DNA of 64,000 nt from Octopus vulgaris (GCA_951406725.2 OX597817.1:80848001-80912000); one strand, 5' to 3'; shown: positions 28,544-41,276, counted from the first letter of the stretch. The notes: generated by a model from the letters alone, not told the origin. Program-made: numbers and translations.

Positions 28544-29454
28544 TGTATGTATGTATGTATGTATGTATGCATGCATGTATGTATGTTTATATGTATGGAA
28601 TATCTTCATGCCAATCATTCATCAATGTCGTTTTGTTTTTGTTTACTTGAAGATGGTTTGTATAACTTTTAAATAGCCATGCATTTTCATGAGTCGCGTT
28701 TGCACCAATAAAATAAACATGTATACAACAATCAGTCTCTTTAAAGCCGGAATTCTGCAATAGAATATCGTTCATGGTTCTGGCCAGTTTGGAGACAGTC
28801 CACAAACAGCACCCATCAGCGCCTATATTCTATATTACAACAAGAATAACGTATATAAAATCAACAGCGATGGCAATAATAGACATTTTCACAATGTATT
28901 TTTCAGTTAAATATAGTTTTCGCTGTTAGTGCGTCGGTAGAACTCGCCCGATGAGTAGCGCACACCTAAACCTAATCTACACATCTGTCACTCCTTCTTC
29001 CATCAATCTTAATGTGCCACAAGTTCGTGTATTGGATATTACAACCACTCCTCTTTACTAGAACGTCAACCCACTAAAAAGTTTCCTCCAACCGCGTGTT
29101 TTTTCGTCTATTTACGGTTAAGACTTAATGTCGATAGTATGTATGTGACTATTACCGGAGAGCATACGATGACCAAGAGAAGAGTACCAGACGTTTCTCC
29201 TAGAATCTTTGAAATAAAATGCTTTTTGCATATAGAATACTCAGGAAATAAAATCCTATGTAACAGTAAAAGATTGGTAATGAAATAAGATGAAATGATG
29301 ATGTGTGATAATTCTGATGAAATAAAATACATTTGTTTCTGTTAATTTTGAAAATGAAGGAGAATTAAATTAAATGACTTCATCACCGAACTGATGTTTA
29401 GAACATTTATTAACGCAAAATTGTGAAGGAAGTTTTTAATTTAGATCACTTTAA

Positions 29455-30012
29455 TACCCTTGTTACCATAGTTCTGTTGAAATGCACTAACACTATTTCA
29501 ATTAATTTTGAAAATAACGAAGAATTTAATAAATTTTTTTGTCATTATTATGCTGGTACTTGGAACATATATTGATTTCAAATTTCGGTACAAGGCCAGA
29601 AATTTTGGTATAGGGATTAAGCTGGTTACATTGACCTCAGCGCTCAACTAGTACTTATTTTATAGACCTCGAAAGGATGAAAGGCAAAGTCGACCTCGGT
29701 GGAATTCGAACTCAGAACATAAATACAGATGAAATGTCGCTAAGCATTGTGTCTAACGTTCATACCAGCTCGCTGCCTTATTTGGAACATATATTAACAT
29801 GAAATATCTAAGGGAGATCGACCTTTGTTTCGATTAAATTTGAAAATATTTTTTTAAAAAAACTTATGAAAATCATTTTGTCATTATTTAATCTGGTTTT
29901 TGGAACCTCATTTGACATGAAATTCTGATGAAACTTTCTTACTTATATCACTTTAAAACAAGTTTTTATGAGAGCACTAAGGGCGCTTTCAGACGAGTTT
30001 ATATCAAAAGGG
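29455..30012. mobile_element. piggyBac-like MITE interrupted by a SINE B copy
   Basis: Ends are TTAA..CCCTTGTTACCATA and TATCAAAAGGG..TTAA. It is the same family as 30842-31618 in the opposite orientation. Confidence 0.5.
29580..29778 (-). mobile_element. SINE family B
   Basis: GAAAGGATGAAAGGCAAAGTCGACCTCGGTGGAATTCGAACTCAGAAC..CCAGCTCGCTGCCTT. Confidence 0.8.
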
Positions 30013-30289
30013 ATTTAAAAACAATGTTAGGATGTGGGATAGGGGTTACTTATGATAAAGTGTTTAAATCAATTTGATCTTCCCGGGAAGACAATTTGTT
30101 GTTCGTCAACATTTACCGCCCTTTAAATATTGATGAATCCTGTTACAGTTGAATCTGTTTGCCGGTTATTATTCGCACGCATTCATTAAAACTTTCATAA
30201 AAGCTAATGTATCTTCCGTCTGCTTCGATAGTGAGTAATACTGCTTCTCATTCAGCAGAGCTATTTACTCTTTAAGTCATATTAGAAGA

Positions 30290-30560
30290 GTCATTTTTAT
30301 TATAAGTGGCTGAGTATACTTCAGAATAACTGTAAATGCAGTCGTGAGATAGAATCATCGTAACAGAATTTGTAACATTGCAGTCCTTTTCAATTGCATC
30401 TCCAGTCCATACAACGCTTTGTCTAATAGTTTCTTTCCACCCGATTCTGCTCCTAAGGCTCAGATCGTTCGGAAGCTTTGTTGGAAGAAATTTGATCGAG
30501 ATCCTGCGCAATGAGTTGTGAATCATTTCATTACGATTCGAATTCACTAACCCTTCGGTT
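30290..30560 (-). pseudogene. Possible pogo/Tigger DDE transposase remnant
   Basis: IKFLPT followed in a shifted frame by EP*EQ resembles the FLPxNTTSxxQPLDQ motif. Very degenerate. Confidence 0.3.
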
Positions 30561-30841
30561 ATATCTGTGCCCTTCATTTTTAATAGAGTTTTATGCCATT
30601 CCGTGTTTTTAAACTACATGCATTTCAATACAGAATTCTTAATACATCATTTGTTTTGTTGACCACATTACATTGGTCTGTAAAATCGATAATGTACCTA
30701 GTATATTTGTAACGATTTCCATAACGCATGTTTGACACAAGAGCCAATGTCTTTATCGTCTCAAAGGCGAAAGAACATCAAGGAATTGCTAAGAATCGTT
30801 GTTTCTACTTCAGCTAGAAGCACAAGGAGGTGTAAATTTAA

Positions 30842-31618
30842 ACCTTTTGATCCCAACCCGCCTAAAACAGGCTCTTGTTCGATGAGACAAACTTACTTCT
30901 TAAAGTGATCTTAAAACGTTCCATCAAATTCTAATGTTAATTTATGTTCCAAACACCAGTTCAATACTGACATTTCTTTATACTAAATTCTTCATTATTT
31001 TCAAAATTAATTGAAGCAAATGCAATATATTTAAGAAAAATATCTTTTATATTTTAATCATTTGCTTGTTTCAGACTGCGGCAATGCTGGAGCACCGCTT
31101 TGAGGAGTTTGTAGTCAAATGAATCGACCTCCCCCACCACTCAGGACTTATTACTTATTTTGAAGCCTAATATTTACTCGATCGATCTCTTTTGCCGAAC
31201 AGCTAGGTTACAGAGATGTAAACACACCAACACCGGTTGACACCCAAGCATAGATATATACATATACGTCGAGCATCTTACATTTTCCTTCTACCAAATT
31301 CACTCTAAGGCTTTGGTCGTCCCAAGGCTATAGAAAAAACATCTTGCCACGCAGTTGGACTGAACCCAGAACCTTGCGGCTGAGAAGCAGATTGAAATTA
31401 AAACCTTTCAAAATTTCATATTGATTCGTGCTTAATAATGATAAATATTCTCAACATGCTTCAATATTTCAAAATTATCAGAAATATAATGATGGAAAGA
31501 ATAACTATGTTCTATTAAACTCTGTAGAACTTCATGATATTTGAGACAGAATATTTGTTTTTACTGATGTATTTCAAAAAGGCGATGTATTTCAATAGAA
31601 ATGCGGTAACAAAAGTGT
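30842..31618. mobile_element. piggyBac-like MITE interrupted by a SINE A copy
   Basis: Ends are TTAA-ACCTTTTGATCCCAACCCGCC and GGTAACAAAAGTGT-TTAA. Confidence 0.5.
31060..31390 (-). mobile_element. SINE family A
   Basis: Family A tail and head motifs (ATGCTGGAGCACCGC, GGACTGAACCC). Confidence 0.75.
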
Positions 31619-32914
31619 TTAAAGATGAGGATTATTTCCAGTATGCTTTGCCTTTTAAATAGATTTTAAATTAAAGAACGGCTTTACATGAAACAGAATT
31701 CATTTCCCCTTACGGCCCAAGAGCTAATCTTAACATTTTTACCGACTAAGCCACTAGTTTTGAAGATATTTTTAATGCTAAATAATATAATCCTTATAAC
31801 AAGAAGAAATAATTATGGTTAAGAAAATTGTTGTAGTCTGTCTTCTCTCGATAACTTCATGATTTCCTCGAAGTGACGTGAAGTAAGAGCAGATTTTAAA
31901 ACATAATAACAAATTCACACAATACACACATACATATACGCAACCTTCTTACACTCCACACGCACATACACACACAGAGTGGATAGAAAATTCAAATAGA
32001 ACGATAGGCACTCAAATTTTCTACAACGATGTTATTAACTTCAGCTAGTATGTATGTAGAATTAAAAATCTTGACAACTGGATAATTAAAAATTATTTAT
32101 CCTTCGAAATTCAAATTGTGTAAAATACATCTTTGAAATCATTTTCTAAATTTTACTGATCGTAAAAAAAAAATTATTATGGAAAGTTTTGGGATGAATG
32201 AAAATAAAATTGAATTATATTTTGTATTCTTAATATTCTTATTCAGAAAACTTATATTACTACTGCTAAGAGTACGATACAACCTCTTCATGCTCTAAAG
32301 CACCCTCAAACATGTAGGTATTTCAGTAAAATCAAACAAAATTATTCGGTCTCAAATACCATGAAGATCTGAAACATAGCTCTTCGGTTCATCATTATAT
32401 TCTGATAAATTATGTTTCTGATATTTATTTTGATACAAAAATGAGAGGATTCTATTTTGTTTAAATTATGCGAAATTTTACGTTTCAGAAACGCCTTTTA
32501 CTAAAACTTTCAGTTTAATCAGTGCTAAATGAACCGAAACTCTTCAACATGTCTCTTAGCAACTAATAGTCTTTCTCTGTCTCAACACGTAACGTTTGTG
32601 ACCGTTTTAAGTTTTCGGTTGACTTCATCTCATCTCCACTTTGCATTAGATTATATTAATTTTAGGTTACAGAGTCGTTTTACTTACAGTAAACTGCTTT
32701 ACAACGAGCAAGTCGTTTAACGATGTCGTACGTGATTCAAATTTGATATTTATTTGTCATCAAGAGGAATCCGTAATGCACAATTTCCAACTGCAGCCAT
32801 TGTATGATTCGAGCTGCATCTTCTGTAATGGTGACAGAAATCAATATTTCTACTTTATCTAACGAGTGCCATACATCAGCAAATAAATTCCAAACAAACA
32901 AAAACTGTAATGCG

Positions 32915-33055
32915 GGTTCAGTAACTAGTTGTAAGATACACATGGTCAGAAGTTTGCCTCTTAATCACATGTTTCCGGGTTGTGTCACACTGCGTGGCGC
33001 TTGCGTCACCAGAGCCTTACGGATACATTTGGTGACAGAAACTGAAAGAAGACAG

Positions 33056-33120
<65 letters not shown>

Positions 33121-33670
33121 TGTGTGTGTGTGAAAGCACATGTCTCAGTGGTTAGAGCATTTGGGCTAACAATCATGTGGTAGCGAGTTCAATTCCCAGG
33201 CCAATCGGTGTGTTGTGTTCTTGAGCAAGACACCTTATTCCACGTTGGTCCAGTTCACTATCCTGTGAAAATGAGTTGCAACGTCACTGATACCAAGTTG
33301 CATCATAATTTACTTTTTCCTTGGATAACATCAGTGGTCGATTGCTGGTCTTCCATAAACAACCTAGCCCGCACACTTGTGGCTCGGAGAGGAACTTTCT
33401 AGGTGCAATCCCAATCATGACCGAAGGGGGTCTATATATATATATAAAGACCCCCTTCGGTCATGAATGACCATGGGATTGCATATGTTATCGTCCACCA
33501 CTACTGCTTGACAACTGGTGTTGCTTTGTTAACGTCTTTAGCTGTTTGCCAAGAAGAAAATAATGAAATAAGTACCAAGGTTTAAAAATAAGGACTGGTA
33601 TCGGTATATTCGACTAAACTCTTCGAGGCAGTATCCCAGCATAGCTGCAGTCCAATAATTGATAAAAGAT
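32915..33670 (+). mobile_element. Diverged SINE family A split by a nested SINE
   Basis: Head at 32915-33055, (TG)n, the insert, then the tail at 33490-33670. Confidence 0.6.
33135..33432 (+). mobile_element. tRNA-derived SINE (family C-related) nested in (TG)n
   Basis: A box CTCAGTGGTTAG, B box GAGTTCAATTCC, then TTGAGCAAGACAC. The tail ends CATGACCGAAGGGGGTCT. Confidence 0.7.
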
Positions 33671-33697
33671 TAAGTATAGATTTCTACAACTAAAATT

Positions 33698-33776
<79 letters not shown>

Positions 33777-34421
33777 CAGTAGCAGCAACGACAGTAGTGC
33801 TGGATGAAGCTGCTTCAATCTGAATCAATATTCCTCCTCAAGATGGCGCTCGGCACAATCTACAACAATATGTCATAAACTTAAGTCACCAAGAATTAAA
33901 GACACCAAAACAAACACTAACATCTCCTATCTTTCAGATATGCGCCGTCTTTATGAAAGAAGAAAGAACAGTGTGAAGAAATGGAGAGGGTGGAAGTGAA
34001 GGAGAATAGATAAAAATTCAAAAGGAAAAAGTATAAAGAAAATTTAGCTGCCATGGAAGAAAAAAAGTCGTCTTCAACAGCAAACTATTAGAATGATAGA
34101 TAAGTTCACGATTGAAGAATCAACGTTTCATATGTCTAAATATACATGTATGTATGTGCGTGTGTGTGTGTTTGTGTGTGTGTGCGTGTGTTTGTAAGTC
34201 TTTCTATGTATGTATACATACATATGTATGTATACATACATACGTATGTGTATATATATGTATATGCATATATATATATGTGTATATATACACCCATAAA
34301 TATATTCACGTATACTACACATATACGTGTGCATATATAGGCATATATATGTGTGTACATATACATATTTATACATATATATATATGTACATATATGTAT
34401 ATGTGTGTGTGTGTGTGTGTC

Positions 34422-34485
<64 letters not shown>

Positions 34486-34675
34486 TATTATGTCTGTATG
34501 TATGTAGGCATGTATGTATATGCAATCTCCCACTACTAGAGAAAGACCTTCCTTTATCTTTCCATATCTTTCGGCTTTCGGTGTGCAAACTGCAGTTTAC
34601 GTCACATTTTCTCAGTTCATACTACAACTTATATGTTGTCCTCCTTATATACACACATATAAACATACATAGGCC

Positions 34676-34728
<53 letters not shown>

Positions 34729-35805
34729 GTGTGTGTTGATATATGCACACACGCACTTATATATAATCATATAGTTGTATGTGTGCGCTTGTGTGTGTAT
34801 GCAGGGAAACCTAATTGTCTGCTTTCTAATTCGTTACGTGAAGAGGACATAGGACATAAAGAGAAGAAACCTTGTTTTGTGTGTCATTATATGTGTGTAT
34901 GTGTGTGTGTTTGTGTATCTGTATTTGTAAATCTATGTGCATATGTATATATGTGTGTAAGACGGTATGGCGCCACCCCTTCCAATGGAAGTCAAGGTTA
35001 TGTCAAAACAGTCAATCAAATTGATTCTCTGTACTTATCAAGAAAATTAAAAGAAAAATTGATGAGTTTTCAGGGGGATTTTTCCCCCACTTTTTTCTCC
35101 AAGCCTCCAATCTCTACACTTCAATATCATCTTCACCACTCCTTCCATCACCACCTGCCTATTCCTGTCTCACCCTCTCTCACACTCAACTTCTCCCTCT
35201 ATCTATCTCTATCTATCTCTCTATCTGTCTCTATCTATCTATCCATCTCTTCTTGTCTTTATTACTTGGTTTTCGTTTTTCACTGTTCACTTTATGAGGT
35301 AGTTGTTAACTTTTATCGGTTTGCTTTCATTCTATGTGTATGTGTATATACATGTATATATGTATATATGTACATACATATCTCTATATATAAATATATA
35401 TATATGTATGTATGTATTTCTTGTTGTGTCTGTTTTCTTTGTGTGTGTATTTGGTTTTCGAATTCTATGAGATAAACAACTCTTTTTACAAAAAGCTCAC
35501 CCCTTGGCATATCAACGTTAACGATCTTCCCAAGCACCCAGGACGAAATTGCTCTATGTGTTACTGATAAATAGTAAATCTTTAACCGTGGTTGGTGTGG
35601 CGTAGTGTAGCAAACCGTGGTGTTGTGCAGAGTGCCATGGTATGGAGGGGTTTGGTGCGGCGTAGCCTGCTGAAGAATTTGAATTTTTTTTTTTTTTTTC
35701 GTTTTGCTTCTTCGTTTTTTGTTCCGATAGACAATCACAAAGTCCTACTGACAGGAGAGCAGCCGCCATTTTATGCGATTGGAAAGACCTACTATCACGT
35801 GTATG

Positions 35806-35973
<168 letters not shown>

Positions 35974-36110
35974 CACACATATATATATATATATATATTT
36001 ATTGGAAAAACACACTATCACATTTATATGTACGTATGTGTGTGTGTTTGTGTGTGTGCGCAAGTTTGAGTGTGTATTATATATATACGTATATAGATAT
36101 ATATGTATGC

Positions 36111-36146
<36 letters not shown>

Positions 36147-36564
36147 ATATTGATATTGATATTGATATATTGCTATCGTCATCAGTCGTAGTTCTTTCAC
36201 TTCTAGCTTAATATTTTTTCGCGTTTTCTTCTAATTTTTTTTCCTCGATACAACACACATACTCGTATGAACACACAGATACGCAAATATACACGCGCGC
36301 ACGCGGCACTCATGCTCATTGGAATACGTGGGATGAATCTACATATCGTATGCATACAAACATTCGTTCTCGAAACTTTCAGCCTTGGAGTCATTGTTAA
36401 AACTTTCAACCGATTAAAAAATTTTTAAATGACTACTGAAAAGGTGTTTACATGGTGGTGCTCCAGCATGGCCACAGCCTATGGGCTGAAACATATAGAA
36501 GAATAGCAGAATATATACATTATTTACATTTGACGGATATTTGTCCTCATCTTGTTTGTTGTTA

Positions 36565-36608
36565 ACACAACGTTTCGGCTGATATACCCTCCAGCCTTCA
36601 TCAGGTGT
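36565..36608 (-). ncRNA. Minimal type I hammerhead ribozyme with canonical core
   Basis: ACAC-CTGATGA-A-GGCTG gagggtatat CAGCC-GAAA-CGTT^-GTGT. The loopless palindromic stem III (ACGT) implies dimeric cleavage. Confidence 0.85.
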
Positions 36609-36654
36609 CTTGGGGAAAATTCGAACCTGGGCTCTCATTCAGAGGTATTTTTGA

Positions 36655-36749
<95 letters not shown>

Positions 36750-36771
36750 TTATTATTATTATTATTATTCA

Positions 36772-36844
36772 GGGCACTGCCTGGAATCGAACTCGGAATC
36801 TTGGGGTTAATTGCCCTCGCTCTTAATCACTACGCCATATGCCC
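36772..36844 (-). promoter_or_regulatory. tRNA-like SINE head (Pol III internal promoter)
   Basis: GGGCATATGGCGTAGTGATTAAGAGCG..CCGAGTTCGATTCCAGGCAGTGCCC has an A box, a B box and a pairing acceptor stem GGGCAT/GTGCCC. Confidence 0.8.
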
Positions 36845-36855
36845 GTGGTTAAGAG

Positions 36856-37149
36856 TCTAGTACTTATTCTATCGGTCTCTTTTGCCGAAACATTAAGTTA
36901 CGAGGTCGTAAACACACCAACATCAGTTATCAAGTGATAGTGGGGGGACAAACACAGACACACAAACATATACATATGTATGTACATACGACGGGCTTTC
37001 TTCAGTTTCCGGCTACCAAATCCACTCACAAAGCTTTAGTCGACCCGAAGCTATAGTAGAAGACACTCACCAGAGGGGCCACGCAGTGGGACTGAACCTG
37101 GAACCATGTGGTTGGGAAGCAAGCTTCTTATCACACAGTCACACCTGCG

Positions 37150-37151
<2 letters not shown>
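36856..37151 (-). mobile_element. SINE family A (3'-truncated)
   Basis: The head ends at CACCTGCGCC (37151). The body matches family A. Confidence 0.85.
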
Positions 37152-37200
<49 letters not shown>

Positions 37201-37208
<8 letters not shown>

Positions 37209-37467
37209 ATTTCTAAATCTCTCATAGAGATATGTACGGTGGTGGGGCGATAGAATGGTTGTATACTGTCAATCTAACGTGAACGTAACAGTAGGGGGTT
37301 ACACCACCGCTGTTTAGCCCTACGAAGCATCGACGCCTCCTGATGGCTTTGACACATTTTTCCTGTGTTTTCCATACATAGAGTTGAAAAAGTCTCAATG
37401 ACTGGAACCGGTACTGAAATGTTTTTTATAAAATTATTTTAGCATTTTCTATCTTGACTTTTTTTCC

Positions 37468-37531
<64 letters not shown>

Positions 37532-37787
37532 AAAAAAGTCAAGATAGAAAATGCTAAAATAATTTTATAAAAAACATTTCAGTACCGGTTCCAGTCATTG
37601 AGACTTTTTCAACTCTATGTATGGAAAACACAGGAAAAATGTGTCAAAGCCATCAGGAGGCGTCGATGCTTCGTAGGGCTAAACAACGGTGGTGTAACCC
37701 CCTACTGTTACGTTCACGTTAGATTGACAGTATACAACTATTCTATCGCCCCACCACCGTACATATCTCTATGAGAGATTTAGAAAT

Positions 37788-37798
<11 letters not shown>
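37201..37798. repeat. Near-perfect inverted repeat: two ~270-bp arms around a (TA)n spacer
   Basis: 37201-37470 versus the reverse complement of 37527-37798 shows two substitutions and one 1-nt indel by eye. (TA)n also flanks both outer ends. Confidence 0.95.
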
Positions 37799-37829
<31 letters not shown>

Positions 37830-38109
37830 TTAAATAGAGATAAAACCACTATTAGGCAACTCAAACAGTGATAGGCATAAACCAAAACATAAAATAAGTA
37901 AATAAAATAATATACAAAAATATATATAAAATATAAAATTTAAATTATTAAAATTTGAAATATTTAAATTTATATTTATAAATTATTATATTTTTATACT
38001 TTTTTAATTTTTTTTTTATTTTTAAATTATTAAATTTATAAACTATAATTTTTTTTATACTAACCAAAAAGTATAATATGTAATATTATCCCACGTATAT
38101 GTATACGTA

Positions 38110-38820
38110 TTGGGTCATCCCATAAATAATGCGGTTTTTTAATTGCTTAAGCTAAAAGTCGGAGTAGGGCGGGATAAACTACTTGAAGGTAGTAATTTTG
38201 CCGTGTCCTTATTCTTAGTGCATGTTTTGAAGAGCGCAGTTTGATTTTAGCAGTTAATTTTTTCAGAGCGATAATGTAAGTGATAAAGAAGCATATGTAA
38301 CATATTTTGTTTTATGAGTTCAATAAAGTCAACGACGCGAGGGGAAGTGTTAATGCAGTATATGGGCATCGGACAATAAGCGTAAGCTAGTGTCAACGGT
38401 GGTTCCAGAAATTACGAGCGGAAAGTTCAACCTAGGAGACGAGCCTCATCCTGGAAGATCTGTTGAGCTCGACGAGGACGTCCTGCAAACCCTGGTGCAA
38501 CAAAATCTCATCGTAACTGTTGAGGAAGTAGCAAAGAAGCTTGGATTTGGTCATTCAACCATTCATCGACACCTTCGTGCCATCGGAAAAGTCAGCAAAT
38601 TGGGTCAATTGGTTCCTCACAACCTTTCCGAGTCTAGTCGCGCGCAGAACGCGAATGTGTGCTCTTCTTTGTTGTCTCGTTTCATGAATGAACCTTTTTG
38701 GGGCGGAATAGTGACTGGTGACGAGAAATGGGTTTTCTATAGAAATGTGAAACGCCGAAGACAGTGGGTAGGGAAATGAGAAACACCGGCACCCCAGGCT
38801 AAAGAAGGTCTGCACCCTTA
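38110..38820 (+). mobile_element. Mariner element 5' half (cecropia/Hsmar1-like), truncated
   Basis: TA|TTGGGTCATCCCATAAATAATGCGG left TIR. Peptide DEPHPGRS..STIHRHLRAIGKVSKLGQLVPHNL..IVTGDEKWVFYRN..GLHP, with stops and frameshifts. Confidence 0.9.
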
Positions 38821-39169
38821 TATACAATACGTCGCTAGCAGGGGGAGCGAAGTCATACTACCCTCCAGTAGCTGACGGGATCGCGGGACCGCCCGGTTTT
38901 GAGCTGGTTGGCTCATGTCAGCCGCGTGCACTTGCTCATTGGAGTAATAACCAAGATTTACTGCTTAGTATACGTTCTTACTCTATCTCTCGTCGTGATT
39001 TTATACCTAGCCATTATATATATTGTCATTTACGATAGTTGCTGATATGCGAACTTGATACACAATGGCTAAACTCTGCCTAAGATGAAACCGTTCAACC
39101 ATGACCATATGTGTATATATATATATATGTGTGTGTGTGTGTATGAAAAGGGATCAAAAATCCTTCGAG

Positions 39170-39385
39170 TCATAGGCTCATAAGGCCGGTTATTCGGATT
39201 TTGTGACATATTTATACCCCAATCTCGGACGATCCATCGCTTGTTTACTCATTATTTGGCAGCTGAGTCGACTGAAGCAAGGAGAAATGAAATGTTTTGC
39301 TAAAGAACACAACACATCACCCGGTCCGGGAATCGAAACCGCAATCTTATGTTCATGAAATCAACATCCTAACCACTATGCCAAC
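39170..39385 (-). mobile_element. Diverged tRNA-derived SINE (family C/D-related)
   Basis: Head GGGAATCGAAACC..CTAACCACTATGCCA on the plus reading. The tail has CCATCGC and GGCCGGTT, like 49333-49650. Confidence 0.6.
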
Positions 39386-39989
39386 TATCTTCCACTCCGC
39401 TGTTTAATATACATTGTACTTGTTGCTGTTCTTGTAATTGCTGTTGTTTTACTGTTGTTTTTTATGCTCCTGTCGTAGCTTTTGATGTTTTTTTTTGTTT
39501 TATTCAGTTTTTTTGTTCCTTTTTCTTTTCTTTCTTTATTTTTGTTTGTTTTTTTCGGTTAAGCAGCCCCGCAGGAATACAGAATTATATGAAATATTGA
39601 CGAATTCTTGAAGTACTACTGCCCCGATAAACGGTAATGTCCCTGTTGGCGCCAAAACACCAGTCTGCGATTATTGGATCCATATTTCTAATAATTCAAT
39701 ACGTCCACACTTTCATTTTTGGCTCCTTTTAAGAAGTGAATCATTGCATTTCTCTGTAATGAGGAGGCAGGAAATATTACTAATGCATTCACACAATGTT
39801 TCGGTATTGCTACATTTGTTGTAATTCTTCCTGTGGCTGTTGTTGCTATTGTTGCTGTTGTTGTTGTTGTTGTTGTTGTTGTTGACGTTGTTATTGTTGT
39901 TGTTGTTATTGGTATTCAACGAGAATCTATGAATTTGATACAGCTTCTAGAACTTCCGTTTATGGTTAAATATTTCAATATATTCTTTT

Positions 39990-40615
39990 ATCTTTTACTT
40001 GTTCCAAGCAGTGGACTGCGGCCATGATGGGGCACCACCTTCAAGGGTTTAGTCGAAAAAATCGTCTTCCCCGCCCAATACTTATGTTTTAAAAGTATTT
40101 GCTTAAGTGATAGATTAAGAAGGACGTAAGCAAACCGACATCGGTTGTCAGGCAGTGAGGGGGAAAAAGACAAACCCACATATACATACCTATATACATA
40201 TATAACTTTGTATGCCTACAGATATACATGATTTTGTTGGCCATGTGATAAGAAGATCGCTTCCCAACCACATGGTACCAGGTTCAGTCCCACTGCAAGG
40301 CGCATTGGGCAAGTGTCTTCTACTGTAACCTCAGGCCGACCAATGCCTTGTGAAAGGATTTGTTTCACAGAAATTGAAAGAAGCCCGTCGTATATGTGTG
40401 CATGTGTGTGTCATTGTGTCTGTGCTTCCTCCCCATCCCCACCACTGCTTGACAACCGGTGTTGGTGTGTTTATGCCCCCGTAATTTAAAGGTTTAGCAA
40501 TGGAGACCGATAGAATAAGTACCAGGCTTAATAAAAAATAAGGACTGTGGTCGATTAATTCTTCAAGGCGGTGCCCCAGCATGGCTGCATTCTACCGACT
40601 GAAACAAAAGAAATT
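39990..40615. mobile_element. Two SINE family A copies: minus-strand tail (39990-40190) and plus-strand near-full copy (40225-40615)
   Basis: Family A motifs occur in both orientations. Confidence 0.8.
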
Positions 40616-40709
40616 AAAATAATATATATATATATATATAACGGGAAGCTTTATGAAAATAGACAAAAGACGAAGGCAGGTTTACGGAAATAAACAAAAG
40701 ACGAAGGCA

Positions 40710-41273
40710 CAGGGTGTCCCAAAAATATGTATACACACCTTAAATAATTGTAAATTTGGGGTTTATTATAATTCGAATAATTTTCAACATGTAAAAGAAT
40801 TTACAAATATAATTCTATTGTCTTGTTATCGCATGTTCTTCTCCATTGACAACGTTTCATGATGCGATGGACAGATGATTTTGAAATGCCTATCTCACGA
40901 CTAGTTTGCCGCAAAGACTTTCTTGGACTTCGTTGAAAAGTTTCCAGTAATCTTTCTTTTGTGGGGCTTGTCGATGTACGTGATCTTCCGGAACGCTTCT
41001 TATGGACGTCCTGAACAGTTCCATCAGCTTCAAACTTATCTCTAATTCGAGTGATGGTAACTCATGTTGGTGGTTCTTTGTTAAACTCCCTCCTAAATTG
41101 TCTTTGCACTTCTACTGCGTTTTCATACTTCCAGTAGCATTTTAGAATAAATTTCTTTTCTTCAAAGTCAAGTCTGGCTGCCATCACTCGGTTCAATGGG
41201 TTCAGTCTATAAAGAAAGAATAAATAATTGAGTTATCAGCTGCTAAAATGTGTATACATTTTTTGGGGACACC

Positions 41274-41276
<3 letters not shown>
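40710..41276 (-). mobile_element. rosa/DD41D-type Tc1-mariner deletion derivative
   Basis: TIRs CAGGGTGTCCC..AAAAAT.TGTATACAC at both ends. The minus strand from 41184 reads [69 protein letters not shown] (DUF4817-like HTH). Confidence 0.85.

Larger units (their letters stand above)
36512..36847 (-). mobile_element. Short element with tRNA-like head, (AAT/AGT)n and hammerhead-bearing tail (ribozyme-containing SINE)
   Basis: On the minus strand: tRNA-like head 36844-36772, trinucleotide tract ~36769-36655, HHR 36608-36565, and an A-rich tail ending at TATA. Confidence 0.8.

Noticed and set aside
34729-35475. 248-aa ORF, the longest on the plus strand
   Set aside because: It is largely low-complexity repeats with no recognisable domain.
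36772-36844. Functional tRNA gene
   Set aside because: The anticodon and T arms pair poorly, the D-loop GG is altered and there is no oligo-T terminator. It is treated as a SINE head.
38390-38779. Domesticated SETMAR-like gene
   Set aside because: The transposase has stops and frameshifts, is truncated before the remaining catalytic residues, and has no SET domain.
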